From: Azolla caroliniana
Lineage: Eukaryota > Plantae > Polypodiophyta
NCBI GenBank assembly: GCA_043228905.1
Contig: JBHGNT010000026.1
Location: 310,001-374,000 of the forward strand
Length of the DNA stretch: 64,000 bases
Direction: 5' to 3'
In this document: positions 21,801 to 36,200 of the stretch, in pieces
Layout of the letters: every line of letters begins with the position of its first letter
Numbering within the stretch: position 1 is the first letter of the stretch
Translations under genes and position numbers: made by a program
Notes under the pieces: generated by a model
The model's input: the letters and a program-made list of their open reading frames with translations, nothing else
Told to the model about the DNA's origin: nothing
Database searches by the model: none

Positions 21801-22740
21801 ACATGAAGAAATTACCAAATTTGAGGAGGGAGTTAAGAAGAGCTATTAGGTAAATTACAATGTTCATACCTGGCTCGTGTGATATCGGATTTTTGTGTTA
21901 AAACATTGGAATCGAAGCTAACAACGCTAGGTATGATATAGAATTAAAAAATCAAGATTTTGAAACTCAGGTCGAGAGACATGAAGAAATTACCAAATTT
22001 GAGGAGGGAGTTGAGAGGAGCCCTTGAGTAAATTAAAATGGTCATACCTAGCGAGTGTGATATCGGATTTTTGTGTACAAACATGCGAATCGAAGCTAAC
22101 AACGCTAGCTATGATATGGAATTAAAAAATCAAGATTTTTAAACTCAGGTCGAGAGACATGACGAAATTTCCAAATTTCAGGAGGGAGTTGAGAAGAGCT
22201 AGTAGGTAAATTATAATGTTCATACCTGGTTCGTGTGATATCGGATTTTTGTGTTCAAACATGCGAATCGAAGCTAAAAACGCTAGCTATGATATGGAAT
22301 TAAAAAATCAAGATTTTGCAACTCAAGTCGAGAGACATGAAGAAATTACCAAATTTGAGGAGTGAGGTTGGGAGAGCGCGTGAGTGAATTAAAATGTTCA
22401 TACCTGGCTCGTGTGATATCGGATTTCTGTGTTCAAACATGCGAATCGAAGCTAACAACGCTAGCTATGATATGGAATGAAAAAATCAAGATTTTGAAAC
22501 TCAGGTCGAGAGACATGACGAAATTACCAAATTTGAGGAGGGGGTTGAGAGGGGCCCTTGAGTCAATTAAAATGTTCATACCTAGCTCGTGTGATATCAG
22601 ATTTTTGTGTTCAAACATGCGAATCAAACCTAACAACGCTAGCTATGATATAGAATTAAAAAAGCAAGATTTTGAAACTCAGGTCAAGAGACATGAAGAA
22701 ATTACCAAATTTGAGGAGAGAGTTAAGAAGAGCTATTAGG
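12860..22740. repeat. Domain of a 1047-bp 6-mer HOR (five 178-bp monomers plus one 157-bp monomer), nested in 4388-bp and 3006-bp duplications
   Basis: The 21-bp deletion junction GTTAAGAA|TGTTCATACC occurs at about 13241, 14288, 15335, 17629, 18676 and 21682. ORF-track offsets are 1047 (13921/14968), 4388 (13921/18309) and 3006 (19356/22362). Confidence 0.9.
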
Positions 22741-24299
22741 TAAATTACAATGTTCATACCTGGCTCGTGTGATATCGGATTTTTGTGTTCAAACATTGGA
22801 ATCGAAGCTAACAACGCTAGGTATGATATAGAATTAAAAAATCAACATTTTGAAACTCAGGTCGAGAGACATGACGAAATTACCAAATTTGAGGAGTGAG
22901 TTAAGAAGAGCTATTAGGTAAATTATAATGTTCATACCTGGCTCGTGTGATATCGGATTTCTGTGTTCAAACATGCGAATCGAAGCTAATAACGCTAGCT
23001 ATGATATGGAATTAAAAAATCAATATTTTGAAACTCAGGTCGAGAGACATGACGAAATTAGCAAATTTGAGGAGTGAGTTGAGATGAGCCCTTGAGTAAA
23101 TTAAAATGTTCATACCTAGCGAGTGTGATATCGGATTTTTGTGTACAAACATGCGAATCGAAGCTAACAACACTAGCTATGATATGGAATTAAAAAATCA
23201 ATATTTTGAAACTCAGGTCGAGAGACATGACGAAATTACCAAATTTGAGGAGTGAGTTGAGAGGAGCCCTTGAGTAAATTTAAATGGTCATACCTAGAGA
23301 TTGTGATATCGGATTTTTGTGTACAAACATGCGAATCGAAGCTAACAACGCTAGCTGTGATATGGAATTAAAAAATCAAAATATTGAAACTCAGGTCGAC
23401 AGACATGAAGAAATTACCAAATTTGAGGAGTGAGGTTAGAAGAGCGCGTGAGTGAATTAAAATGTTCATACCTGGCTCGTGTGATATCGGATTTTTGTGT
23501 TCAAACCTGCGAATCGAAGCTAACAACGCTAGCTATGATATGGAATTACAAAATCAAGATTTTGAAACTCCAGGCGAGAGACATGACGAAATTACCAAAT
23601 TTGAGGACTGAGGTTGGAAGAGCGCGTGAGTGAATTAAAATGTTCATACCTGGCTCGTGTGATATCGGATTTTTGTGTACAAACATGCGAATCGAAGCTA
23701 ACAACGCTAGCTATGATATGGAATTAAAAAATCAAGATTTTGAAACCCAGGTCGCGAGACATGACGAAATTAGCAAATTTGAGGAGTGAGTTGAGAGGAG
23801 CCCTTGAGTAAATTAAAATGTTCATACCTGGCTCGTGTGATATCAGATTTTTGTGTTCAAACATGCGAATCGAAGCTAACAACGCTAGCTATGATATGGA
23901 ATTAAAAAATCAAGATTTTGAAACTCAGGTCAAGAGACATGACGAAATTAGCAAATTTGAGGAGTGAGTTGAGAGGAGCCCTTGAGTAAATTAAAATGGT
24001 CATACATAGCGAGTGTGATATCGGATTTTTGTGTACAAACATGCGAATCGAAGCTAACAACGCTAGCTATGATATGGAATTAAAAAATCAAGATTTTGAA
24101 ACTCAGGTCGAGAGACATGACGAAATTACCAAATTTGAGGAGGGAGTTGAGAGGGACCCTTGAGTAAATTAAAATGGTCATACCTAGCGAGTGTGATATC
24201 GGATTTTTGTGTACAAACATGCGAATCGAAGCTAACAACGCTAGCTATGATATGGAATTAAAAAATCAAGATTTTGAAACTCAGGTCGAGAGACATGAA

Positions 24300-27200
24300 G
24301 AAATTACCAAATTTGAGGAGTGAGGTTGGAAGAGCGCGTGAGTGAATTAAAATGTTCATACCTGGCTCGTGTGATATCGGATTTTTGTGTTCAAACATTG
24401 GAATCGAAGCTAACAACGCTAGGTATGATATAGAGTTAAAAAATCAACATTTTGAAACTCAGGTCGAGAGACATGACGAAATTACCAAATTTGAGGAGTG
24501 AGTTAAGAAGAGCTATTAGGTAAATTAAAATGTTCATACCTAGCTCGTGTGATATCGGATTTTTGTGTTCAAACCTGTGAATCGAAGCTAACAACACTAG
24601 GTATGATATGGAATTACAAAATCAAGATTTTGAAACTCCAGGCGAGAGACATGACGAAATTACCAAATTTGAGGAGTGAGGTTGGAAGAGCGCGTGAGTG
24701 AATTAAAATGTTCATACCTGGCTCGTGTGATATCGGATTTTTGTGTTCAAACATGCGAATCGAAGCTAACAATGCTAGCTATGATATGGAATTAAAAAAT
24801 CAAGATTTTGAAACTCAGGTCAAGAGACATGAAGAAATTAGCAAATTTGAAGAGTGAGTTGAGAGGAGCCCTTGAGTAAATTAAAATGGTCATACATAGC
24901 GAGTGTGATATCGGATTTTTGTGTACAAACATGCGAATCGAAGCTAACAACGCTAGCTATGATATGGAATTAAAAAATCAAGATTTTGAAACTCAGGTCG
25001 AGAGACATGACGAAATTACCAAATTTGAGGAGGGGGTTGAGAGGGACCCTTGAGTAAATTAAAATGGTCATACCTAGCGAGTGTGATATCGGATTTTTGT
25101 GTACAAACATGCGAATCGAAGCTAACAACGCTAGCTATGATATGGAATTAAAAAATCAAGATTTTGAAACTCAGGTCGAGAGACATGAAGAAATTACCAA
25201 ATTTGAGGAGTGAGGTTGGAAGATCGCGTGAGTGAATTAAAATGTTCATACCTGGCTCGTGTGATATCGGATTTTTGTGTTCAAACATGCGAATCGAAGC
25301 TAACAACGCTAGCTATGATATGGAATTGAAAATTGAAGATTTTGAAACTCAGGTCGAGAGACATGACGAAAGTAGCAAATTTGAGGAGTGAGTTGAGAGG
25401 AGCCCTTGAGTAGATAAAAATGTTCATACCTAGCTCGTGTGATATCGGATTTTTGTGTTCAAACATCCGAATCGAAGCTAACAACGCTAGCTATGATATG
25501 GAATTAAAAAATCAAGATTTTGAAACTAAGGTCGAGAGACATGACGAAATTAGCAAATTTGAGGAGTGAGTTGAGAGGAGCCCTCGAGTAAATTAAAATG
25601 GTCATACCTAGCGAGTGTGATATCGGTTTTTTGTGTTCAAACATGCGAATCGAAGCTAACAACGCTAGCTATGATATGGAATTAAAAAATCAAGATTTTG
25701 AAACTCAGGTCAAGAGACATGACGAAATTAGCAAATTTGAGGAGTGAGTTGAGAGGAGCCCTTGAGTAAATTAAAATGGTCATACATAGCGAGTGTGATA
25801 TCGGATTTTTGTGTACAAACATGCGAATCGAAGCTAACAACGCTAGCTATGATATGGAATTAAAAAATCAAGATTTTGAAACTCAGGTCGAGAGACATGA
25901 CGAAATTACCAAATTTGAGGAGGGAGTTGAGAGGGACCCTTGAGTAAATTAAAATGGTCATACCTAGCGAGTGTGATATCGGATTTTTGTGTACAAACAT
26001 GCGAATCGAAGCTAACAACGCTAGCTATGATATGGAATTAAAAAATCAAGATTTTGAAACTCAGGTCGAGAGACATGAAGAAATTACCAAATTTGAGGAG
26101 TGAGGTTGGAAGAGCGCGTGAGTGAATTAAAATGTTCATACCTGGCTCGTGTGATATAGGATTTTTGTGTTCAAACATGCGAATCGAAGCTAACAACGCT
26201 AGCTATGATATGGAATTGAAAAATGAAGATTTTGAAACTCAGGTCGAGAGACATGACAAAATTAGCAAATTTGAGGAGTGAGTTGAGAGGAGCCCTTGAG
26301 TAGATAAAAATGTTCATACCTAGCTCGTGTGATATCGGATTTTTGTGTTCAAACATCCGAATCGAAGCTAACAACGCTAGCTATGATATGGAATTAAAAA
26401 ATCAAGATTTTGAAACTAAGGTCGAGAGACATGACGAAATTAGCAAATTTGAGGAGTGAGTTGAGAGGAGCCCTCGAGTAAATTAAAATGGTCATACCTA
26501 GCGAGTGTGATATCGGTTTTTTGTGTTCAAACATGCGAATCGAAGCTAACAACGCTAGCTATGATATGGAATTAAAAAATCAAGATTTTGAAACTCAGGT
26601 CAAGAGACATGACGAAATTAGCAAATTTGAGGAGTGAGTTGAGAGGAGCCCTTGAGTAAATTAAAATGGTCATACATAGCGAGTGTGATATCGGATTTTT
26701 GTGTACAAACATGCGAATCGAAGCTAACAACGCTAGCTATGATATGGAATTAAAAAATCAAGATTTTGAAACTCAGGTCGAGAGACATGAAGAAATTACC
26801 AAATTTGAGGAGTGAGGTTGGAAGAGCGCGTGAGTGAATTAAAATGTTCATACCTGGCTCGTGTGATATAGGATTTTTGTGTTCAAACATGCGAATCGAA
26901 GCTAACAACGCTAGCTATGATATGGAATTGAAAAATGAAGATTTTGAAACTCAGGTCGAGAGACATGACAAAATTAGCAAATTTGAGGAGTGAGTTGAGA
27001 GGAGCCCTTGAGTAGATAAAAATGTTCATACCTAGCTCGTGTGATATCGGATTTTTGTGTTCAAACATCCGAATCGAAGCTAACAACGCTAGCTATGATA
27101 TGGAATTAAAAAATCAAGATTTTGAAACTAAGGTCGAGAGACATGACGAAATTAGCAAATTTGAGGAGTGAGTTGAGAGGAGCCCTCGAGTAAATTAAAA

Positions 27201-30200
27201 TGGTCATACCTAGCGAGTGTGATATCGGATTTTTGTGTTCAAACATTGGAATCGAAGCTAACAACGCTAGGTATGATATAGAATTAAAAAATCAACATTT
27301 TGAAACTCAGGTCGAGAGACATGACGAAATTACCAAATTTGAGGAGTGAGTTAAGAAGAGCTATTAGGTAAATTATAATGTTCATACCTGGCTCGTGTGA
27401 TATCGGATTTCTGTGTTCAAACATGCGAATCGAAGCTAATAACGCTAGCTATGATATGGAATTAAAAAATCAATATTTTGAAACTCAGGTCGAGAGACAT
27501 GACGAAATTAGCAAATTTGAGGAGTGAGTTGAGATGAGCCCTTGAGTAAATTAAAATGTTCATACCTAGCGAGTGTGATATCGGATTTTTGTGTACAAAC
27601 ATGCGAATCGAAGCTAACAACACTAGCTATGATATGGAATTAAAAAATCAAGATTTTGAAACTCAGGTCGAGAGACATGACGAAATTACCAAATTTGAGG
27701 AGTGAGTTGAGAGGAGCCCTTGAGTAAATTTAAATGGTCATACCTAGAGATTGTGATATCGGATTTTTGTGTACAAACATGCGAATCGAAGCTAACAACG
27801 CTAGCTGTGATATGGAATTAAAAAATCAAAATATTGAAACTCAGGTCGACAGACATGAAGAAATTACCAAATTTGAGGAGTGAGGTTAGAAGAGCGCGTG
27901 AGTGAATTAAAATGTTCATACCTGGCTCGTGTGATATCGGATTTTTGTGTACAAACATGCGAATCGAAGCTAACAATGCTAGCTATGATATGGAATTAAA
28001 AAATCAAGATTTTGAAACCCAGGTCGCGAGACATGACGAAATTACCAAATTTGAGGAGGGAGTTGAGAGGAGCCCTTGAGTAAATTAAAATGGTCATACC
28101 TAGCGAGTGTGATATCGGATTTTTGTGTACAAACATGTGAATCGAAGCTAACAACGCTAGCTATGATATGGAATTGAAAAATCAAGATTTTGAAACTCAG
28201 GTGGAGAGACATGACGAAATTAGCAAATTTGAGGAGTGAGTTGAGAGGAGCCCTTGAGTAAATTAAAATGGTCATACCTAGCGAGTGTGATATCGCACTT
28301 TTGTGTACAAACATGCGAATCGAAGCTAACAACGCTAGCTATGATATGGAATTAAAAAATCAAGATTTTGAAACTAAGGTCGAGAGACATGACGAAATTA
28401 CCAAATTTGAGGAGGGAGTTGAGAGGAGCCCTTGAGTAAATTAAAATGTTCATACCTGGCTCGTGTGATATCGGATTTCTGTGTTCAAACATGCGAATCG
28501 AAGCTAACAACGCTAGCTATGATATGGAATTAAAAAATCAAGATTTTGAAACTAAGGTCGAGAGACATGACGAAATTAGCAAATTTGAGGAGTGAGTTGA
28601 GAGGAGCCCTTGAGTAAATGAAAATGGTCATACCTAGCGAGTGTGATATCGGATTTTTGTGTACAAACATGCGAATCGAAGCTAACAACGCTAGCTATGA
28701 TATGGAATTAAAACATCAATATTTTGAAACTCAGGTCGAGAGACATGACGAAATTACCAAATTTGAGGAGTGAGTTGAGAGGAGCCCTTGAGTAAATTTA
28801 AATGGTCATACCTAGAGATTGTGATATCGGATTTTTGTGTACAAACATGCGAATCGAAGCTAACAACGCTAGCTATGATATGGAATTAAAAAATCAAGAT
28901 TTTGAAACTAAGGTCGAGAGACATGACGAAATTACCAAATTTGAGGAGGGAGTTGAGAGGAGCCCTTGAGTAAATTAAAATGTTCATACCTGGCTCGTGT
29001 GATATCGGATTTTTGTGTTCAAACATGCGAATCGAAGCTCACAACGCTAGCTATGATATGGAATTAAAAAATCAATATTTTGAAAGTCAGGTCGAGAGAC
29101 ATGACGAAATTAGCAAATTTGAGGAGTGAGTTGAGAGAAGCCCTTGAGTAAATTACAATGTTTATACCTGGTTCGTGTGATATCGGATTTTTGTGTTCAA
29201 ACATGCGAATCGAAGCTAACAACGCTAGCTATGATATGGAATTAAAAAATCAAGATTTTGAAACTAAGGTCGAGAGACATGACGAAATTAGCAAATTTGA
29301 GGAGTGAGTTGAGAGGAGCCCTTGAGTAAATGAAAATGGTCATACCTAGCGAGTGTGATATCGGATTTTTGTGTACAAACATGCGAATCGAAGCTAACAA
29401 CGCTAGCTATGATATGGAATTAAAAAATCAATATTTTGAAACTCAGGTCGAGAGACATGAAGAAATTACTAAATTTGAGGAGGGAGTTAAGAAGAGCTAT
29501 TAGGTAAATTACAATGTTCATCCTGGCTCGTGTGATATCGGATTTTTGTGTTCAAACATTGGAATCGAAGCTAACAACGCTAGGTATGATATAGAGTTAA
29601 AAAATCAACATTTTGAAACTCAGGTCGAGAGACATGACGAAATTACCAAATTTGAGGAGTGAGTTAAGAAGAGCTATTAGGTAAATTAAAATGTTCATAC
29701 CTAGCTCGTGTGATATCGGATTTTTGTGTTCAAACCTGTGAATCGAAGCTAACAACACTAGGTATGATATGGAATTACAAAATCAAGATTTTGAAACTCC
29801 AGGCGAGAGACATGACGAAATTACCAAATTTGAGGAGTGAGGTTGGAAGAGCGCGTGAGTGAATTAAAATCTTCATACCTGGCTCGTGTGATATCGGATT
29901 TTTGTGTTCAAACATGCGAATCGAAGCTAACAACGCTAGCTATGATATGGAATTACAAAATCAAGATTTTGAAACTCCAGGCGAGAGACATGACGAAATT
30001 ACCAAATTTGAGGAGTGAGGTTGGAAGAGCGCGTGAGTGAATTAAAATGTTCATACCTGGCTCGTGTGATATCGGATTTTTGTGTTCAAACATGCGAATC
30101 GAAGCTAACAACGCTAGCTATGATATGGAATTAAAAAATCAAGATTTTGAAACTCAGGTCAAGAGACATGACGAAATTAGCAAATTTGAGGAGGGAGTTG

Positions 30201-33200
30201 AGAGGAGCCCTTGAGTAAATTAAAATGGTCATACATAGCGAGTGTGATATCGGATTTTTGTGTACAAACATGCGAATCGAAGCTAACAACGCTAGCTATG
30301 ATATGGAATTAAAAAATCAAGATTTTGAAACTCAGGTCGAGAGACATGAAGAAATTACCAAATTTGAGGAGTGAGGTTGGAAGATCGCGTGAGTGAATTA
30401 AAATGTTCATACCTGGCTCGTGTGATATCGGATTTTTGTGTTCAAACATGCGAATCGAAGCTAACAACGCTAGCTATGATATGGAATTGAAAAATGAAGA
30501 TTTTGAAACTCAGGTCGAGAGACATGACGAAATTAGCAAATTTGAGGAGTGAGTTGAGAGGAGCCCTTGAGTAGATAAAAATGTTCATACCTAGCTCGTG
30601 TGATATCGGATTTTTGTGTTCAAACATCCGAATCGAAGCTAACAACGCTAGCTATGATATGGAATTAAAAAATCAAGATTTTGAAACTAAGGTCGAGAGA
30701 CATGACGAAATTAGCAAATTTGAGGAGTGAGTTGAGAGGAGCCCTCGAGTAAATTAAAATGGTCATACCTAGCGAGTGTGATATCGGTTTTTTGTGTTCA
30801 AACATGCGAATCGAAGCTAACAACGCTAGCTATGATATGGAATTAAAAAATCAAGATTTTGAAACTCAGGTCAAGAGACATGACGAAATTAGCAAATTTG
30901 AGGAGTGAGTTGAGAGGAGCCCTTGTGTAAATTAAAATGGTCATACATAGCGAGTGTGATATCGGATTTTTGTGTACAAACATGCGAATCGAAGCTAACA
31001 ACGCTAGCTATGATATGGAATTAAAAAATCAAGATTTTGAAACTCAGGTCGAGAGACATGACGAAATTACCAAATTTGAGGAGGGGGTTGAGAGGGACCC
31101 TTGAGTAAATTAAAATGGTCATACCTAGCGAGTGTGATATCGGATTTTTGTGTACAAACATGCGAATCGAAGCTAACAACGCTAGCTATGATATGGAATT
31201 AAAAAATCAAGATTTTGAAACTCAGGTCGAGAGACATGAAGAAATTACCAAATTTGAGGAGTGAGGTTGGAAGAGCGCGTGAGTGAATTAAAATGTTCAT
31301 ACCTGGCTCGTGTGATATAGGATTTTTGTGTTCAAACATGCGAATCGAAGCTAACAACGCTAGCTATGATATGGAATTAAAAAATCAAGATTTTGAAACT
31401 CAGGTCAAGAGACATGACGAAATTAGCAAATTTGAGGAGTGAGTTGAGAGGAGCCCTTGAGTAAATTAAAATGGTCATACATAGCGAGTGTGATATCGGA
31501 TTTTTGTGTACAAACATGCGAATCGAAGCTAACAACGCTAGCTATGATATGGAATTAAAAAATCAAGATTTTGAAACTCAGGTCGAGAGACATGACGAAA
31601 TTACCAAATTTGAGGAGGGAGTTGAGAGGGACCCTTGAGTAAATTAAAATGGTCATACCTAGCGAGTGTGATATCGGATTTTTGTGTACAAACATGCGAA
31701 TCGAAGCTAACAACGCTAGCTATGATATGGAATTAAAAAATCAAGATTTTGAAACTCAGGTCGAGAGACATGAAGAAATTACCAAATTTGAGGAGTGAGG
31801 TTGGAAGAGCGCGTGAGTGAATTAAAATGTTCATACCTGGCTCGTGTGATATCGGATTTTTGTGTTCAAACATTGGAATCGAAGCTAACAACGCTAGGTA
31901 TGATATAGAGTTAAAAAATCAACATTTTGAAACTCAGGTCGAGAGACATGACGAAATTACCAAATTTGAGGAGTGAGTTAAGAAGAGCTATTAGGTAAAT
32001 TAAAATGTTCATACCTAGCTCGTGTGATATCGGATTTTTGTGTTCAAACCTGTGAATCGAAGCTAACAACACTAGGTATGATATGGAATTACAAAATCAA
32101 GATTTTGAAACTCCAGGCGAGAGACATGACGAAATTACCAAATTTGAGGAGTGAGGTTGGAAGAGCGCGTGAGTGAATTAAAATGTTCATACCTGGCTCG
32201 TGTGATATCGGATTTTTGTGTTCAAACATGCGAATCGAAGCTAACAACGCTAGCTATGATATGGAATTAAAAAATCAAGATTTTGAAACTCAGGTCAAGA
32301 GACATGAAGAAATTAGCAAATTTGAGGAGTGAGTTGAGAGGAGCCCTTGAGTAAATTAAAATGGTCATACATAGCGAGTGTGATATCGGATTTTTGTGTA
32401 CAAACATGCGAATCGAAGCTAACAACGCTAGCTATGATATGGAATTAAAAAATCAAGATTTTGAAACTCAGGTCGAGAGACATGACGAAATTACCAAATT
32501 TGAGGAGGGAGTTGAGAGGGACCCTTGAGTAAATTAAAATGGTCATACCTAGCGAGTGTGATATCGGATTTTTGTGTACAAACATGCGAATCGAAGCTAA
32601 CAACGCTAGCTATGATATGGAATTAAAAAATCAAGATTTTGAAACTCAGGTCGAGAGACATGAAGAAATTACCAAATTTGAGGAGTGAGGTTGGAAGATC
32701 GCGTGAGTGAATTAAAATGTTCATACCTGGCTCGTGTGATATCGGATTTTTGTGTTCAAACATGCGAATCGAAGCTAACAACGCTAGCTATGATATGGAA
32801 TTGAAAATTGAAGATTTTGAAACTCAGGTCGAGAGACATGACGAAATTAGCAAATTTGAGGAGTGAGTTGAGAGGAGCCCTTGAGTAGATAAAAATGTTC
32901 ATACCTAGCTCGTGTGATATCGGATTTTTGTGTTCAAACATCCGAATCGAAGCTAACAACGCTAGCTATGATATGGAATTAAAAAATCAAGATTTTGAAA
33001 CTAAGGTCGAGAGACATGACGAAATTAGCAAATTTGAGGAGTGAGTTGAGAGGAGCCCTCGAGTAAATTAAAATGGTCATACCTAGCGAGTGTGATATCG
33101 GTTTTTTGTGTTCAAACATGCGAATCGAAGCTAACAACGCTAGCTATGATATGGAATTGAAAAATGAAGATTTTGAAACTCAGGTCGAGAGACATGACAA

Positions 33201-36200
33201 AATTAGCAAATTTGAGGAGTGAGTTGAGAGGAGCCCTTGAGTAGATAAAAATGTTCATACCTAGCTCGTGTGATATCGGATTTTTGTGTTCAAATATCCG
33301 AATCGAAGCTAACAACGCTAGCTATGATATGGAATTAAAAAATCAAGATTTTGAAACTAAGGTCGAGAGACATGACGAAATTAGCAAATTTGAGGAGTGA
33401 GTTGAGAGGAGCCCTCGAGTAAATTAAAATGGTCATACCTAGCGAGTGTGATATCGGATTTTTGTGTTCAAACATTGGAATCGAAGCTAACAACGCTAGG
33501 TATGATATAGAATTAAAAAATCAACATTTTGAAACTCAGGTCGAGAGACATGACGAAATTAGCAAATTTGAGGAGTGAGTTGAGAGGAGCCCTTGTGTAA
33601 ATTAAAATGGTCATACATAGCGAGTGTGATATCGGATTTTTGTGTACAAACATGCGAATCGAAGCTAACAACGCTAGCTATGATATGGAATTAAAAAATC
33701 AAGATTTTGAAACTCAGGTCGAGAGACATGACGAAATTACCAAATTTGAGGAGGGGGTTGAGAGGGACCCTTGAGTAAATTAAAATGGTCATACCTAGCG
33801 AGTGTGATATCGGATTTTTGTGTACAAACATGCGAATCGAAGCTAACAACGCTAGCTATGATATGGAATTAAAAAATCAAGATTTTGAAACTCAGGTCGA
33901 GAGACATGAAGAAATTACCAAATTTGAGGAGTGAGGTTGGAAGAGCGCGTGAGTGAATTAAAATGTTCATACCTGGCTCGTGTGATATAGGATTTTTGTG
34001 TTCAAACATGCGAATCGAAGCTAACAACGCTAGCTATGATATGGAATTAAAAAATCAAGATTTTGAAACTCAGGTCAAGAGACATGACGAAATTAGCAAA
34101 TTTGAGGAGTGAGTTGAGAGGAGCCCTTGAGTAAATTAAAATGGTCATACATAGCGAGTGTGATATCGGATTTTTGTGTACAAACATGCGAATCGAAGCT
34201 AACAACACTAGCTATGATATGGAATTAAAAAATCAAGATTTTGAAACTCAGGTCGAGAGACATGACGAAATTACCAAATTTGAGGAGGGAGTTGAGAGGG
34301 ACCCTTGAGTAAATTAAAATGGTCATACCTAGCGAGTGTGATATCGGATTTTTGTGTACAAACATGCGAATCGAAGCTAACAACGCTAGCTATGATATGG
34401 AATTAAAAAATCAAGATTTTGAAACTCAGGTCGAGAGACATGAAGAAATTACCAAATTTGAGGAGTGAGGTTGGAAGAGCGCGTGAGTGAATTAAAATGT
34501 TCATACCTGGCTCGTGTGATATCGGATTTTTGTGTTCAAACATTGGAATCGAAGCTAACAACGCTAGGTATGATATAGAGTTAAAAAATCAACATTTTGA
34601 AACTCAGGTCGAGAGACATGACGAAATTACCAAATTTGAGGAGTGAGTTAAGAAGAGCTATTAGGTAAATTAAAATGTTCATACCTAGCTCGTGTGATAT
34701 CGGATTTTTGTGTTCAAACCTGTGAATCGAAGCTAACAACACTAGGTATGATATGGAATTACAAAATCAAGATTTTGAAACTCCAGGCGAGAGACATGAC
34801 GAAATTACCAAATTTGAGGAGTGAGGTTGGAAGAGCGCGTGAGTGAATTAAAATGTTCATACCTGGCTCGTGTGATATCGGATTTTTGTGTTCAAACATG
34901 CGAATCGAAGCTAACAACGCTAGCTATGATATGGAATTAAAAAATCAAGATTTTGAAACTCAGGTCAAGAGACATGAAGAAATTAGCAAATTTGAGGAGT
35001 GAGTTGAGAGGAGCCCTTGAGTAAATTAAAATGGTCATACATAGCGAGTGTGATATCGGATTTTTGTGTACAAACATGCGAATCGAAGCTAACAACGCTA
35101 GCTATGATATGGAATTAAAAAATCAAGATTTTGAAACTCAGGTCGAGAGACATGACGAAATTACCAAATTTGAGGAGGGAGTTGAGAGGGACCCTTGAGT
35201 AAATTAAAATGGTCATACCTAGCGAGTGTGATATCGGATTTTTGTGTACAAACATGCGAATCGAAGCTAACAACGCTAGCTATGATATGGAATTAAAAAA
35301 TCAAGATTTTGAAACTCAGGTCGAGAGACATGAAGAAATTACCAAATTTGAGGAGTGAGGTTGGAAGATCGCGTGAGTGAATTAAAATGTTCATACCTGG
35401 CTCGTGTGATATCGGATTTTTGTGTTCAAACATGCGAATCGAAGCTAACAACGCTAGCTATGATATGGAATTGAAAAATGAAGATTTTGAAACTCAGGTC
35501 GAGAGACATGACGAAATTAGCAAATTTGAGGAGTGAGTTGAGAGGAGCCCTTGAGTAGATAAAAATGTTCATACCTAGCTCGTGTGATATCGGATTTTTG
35601 TGTTCAAACATCCGAATCGAAGCTAACAACGCTAGCTATGATATGGAATTAAAAAATCAAGATTTTGAAACTAAGGTCGAGAGACATGACGAAATTAGCA
35701 AATTTGAGGAGTGAGTTGAGAGGAGCCCTCGAGTAAATTAAAATGGTCATACCTAGCGAGTGTGATATCGGTTTTTTGTGTTCAAACATGCGAATCGAAG
35801 CTAACAACGCTAGCTATGATATGGAATTAAAAAATCAAGATTTTGAAACTCAGGTCAAGAGACATGACGAAATTAGCAAATTTGAGGAGTGAGTTGAGAG
35901 GAGCCCTTGTGTAAATTAAAATGGTCATACATAGCGAGTGTGATATCGGATTTTTGTGTACAAACATGCGAATCGAAGCTAACAACGCTAGCTATGATAT
36001 GGAATTAAAAAATCAAGATTTTGAAACTCAGGTCGAGAGACATGACGAAATTACCAAATTTGAGGAGGGGGTTGAGAGGGACCCTTGAGTAAATTAAAAT
36101 GGTCATACCTAGCGAGTGTGATATCGGATTTTTGTGTACAAACATGCGAATCGAAGCTAACAACGCTAGCTATGATATGGAATTAAAAAATCAAGATTTT

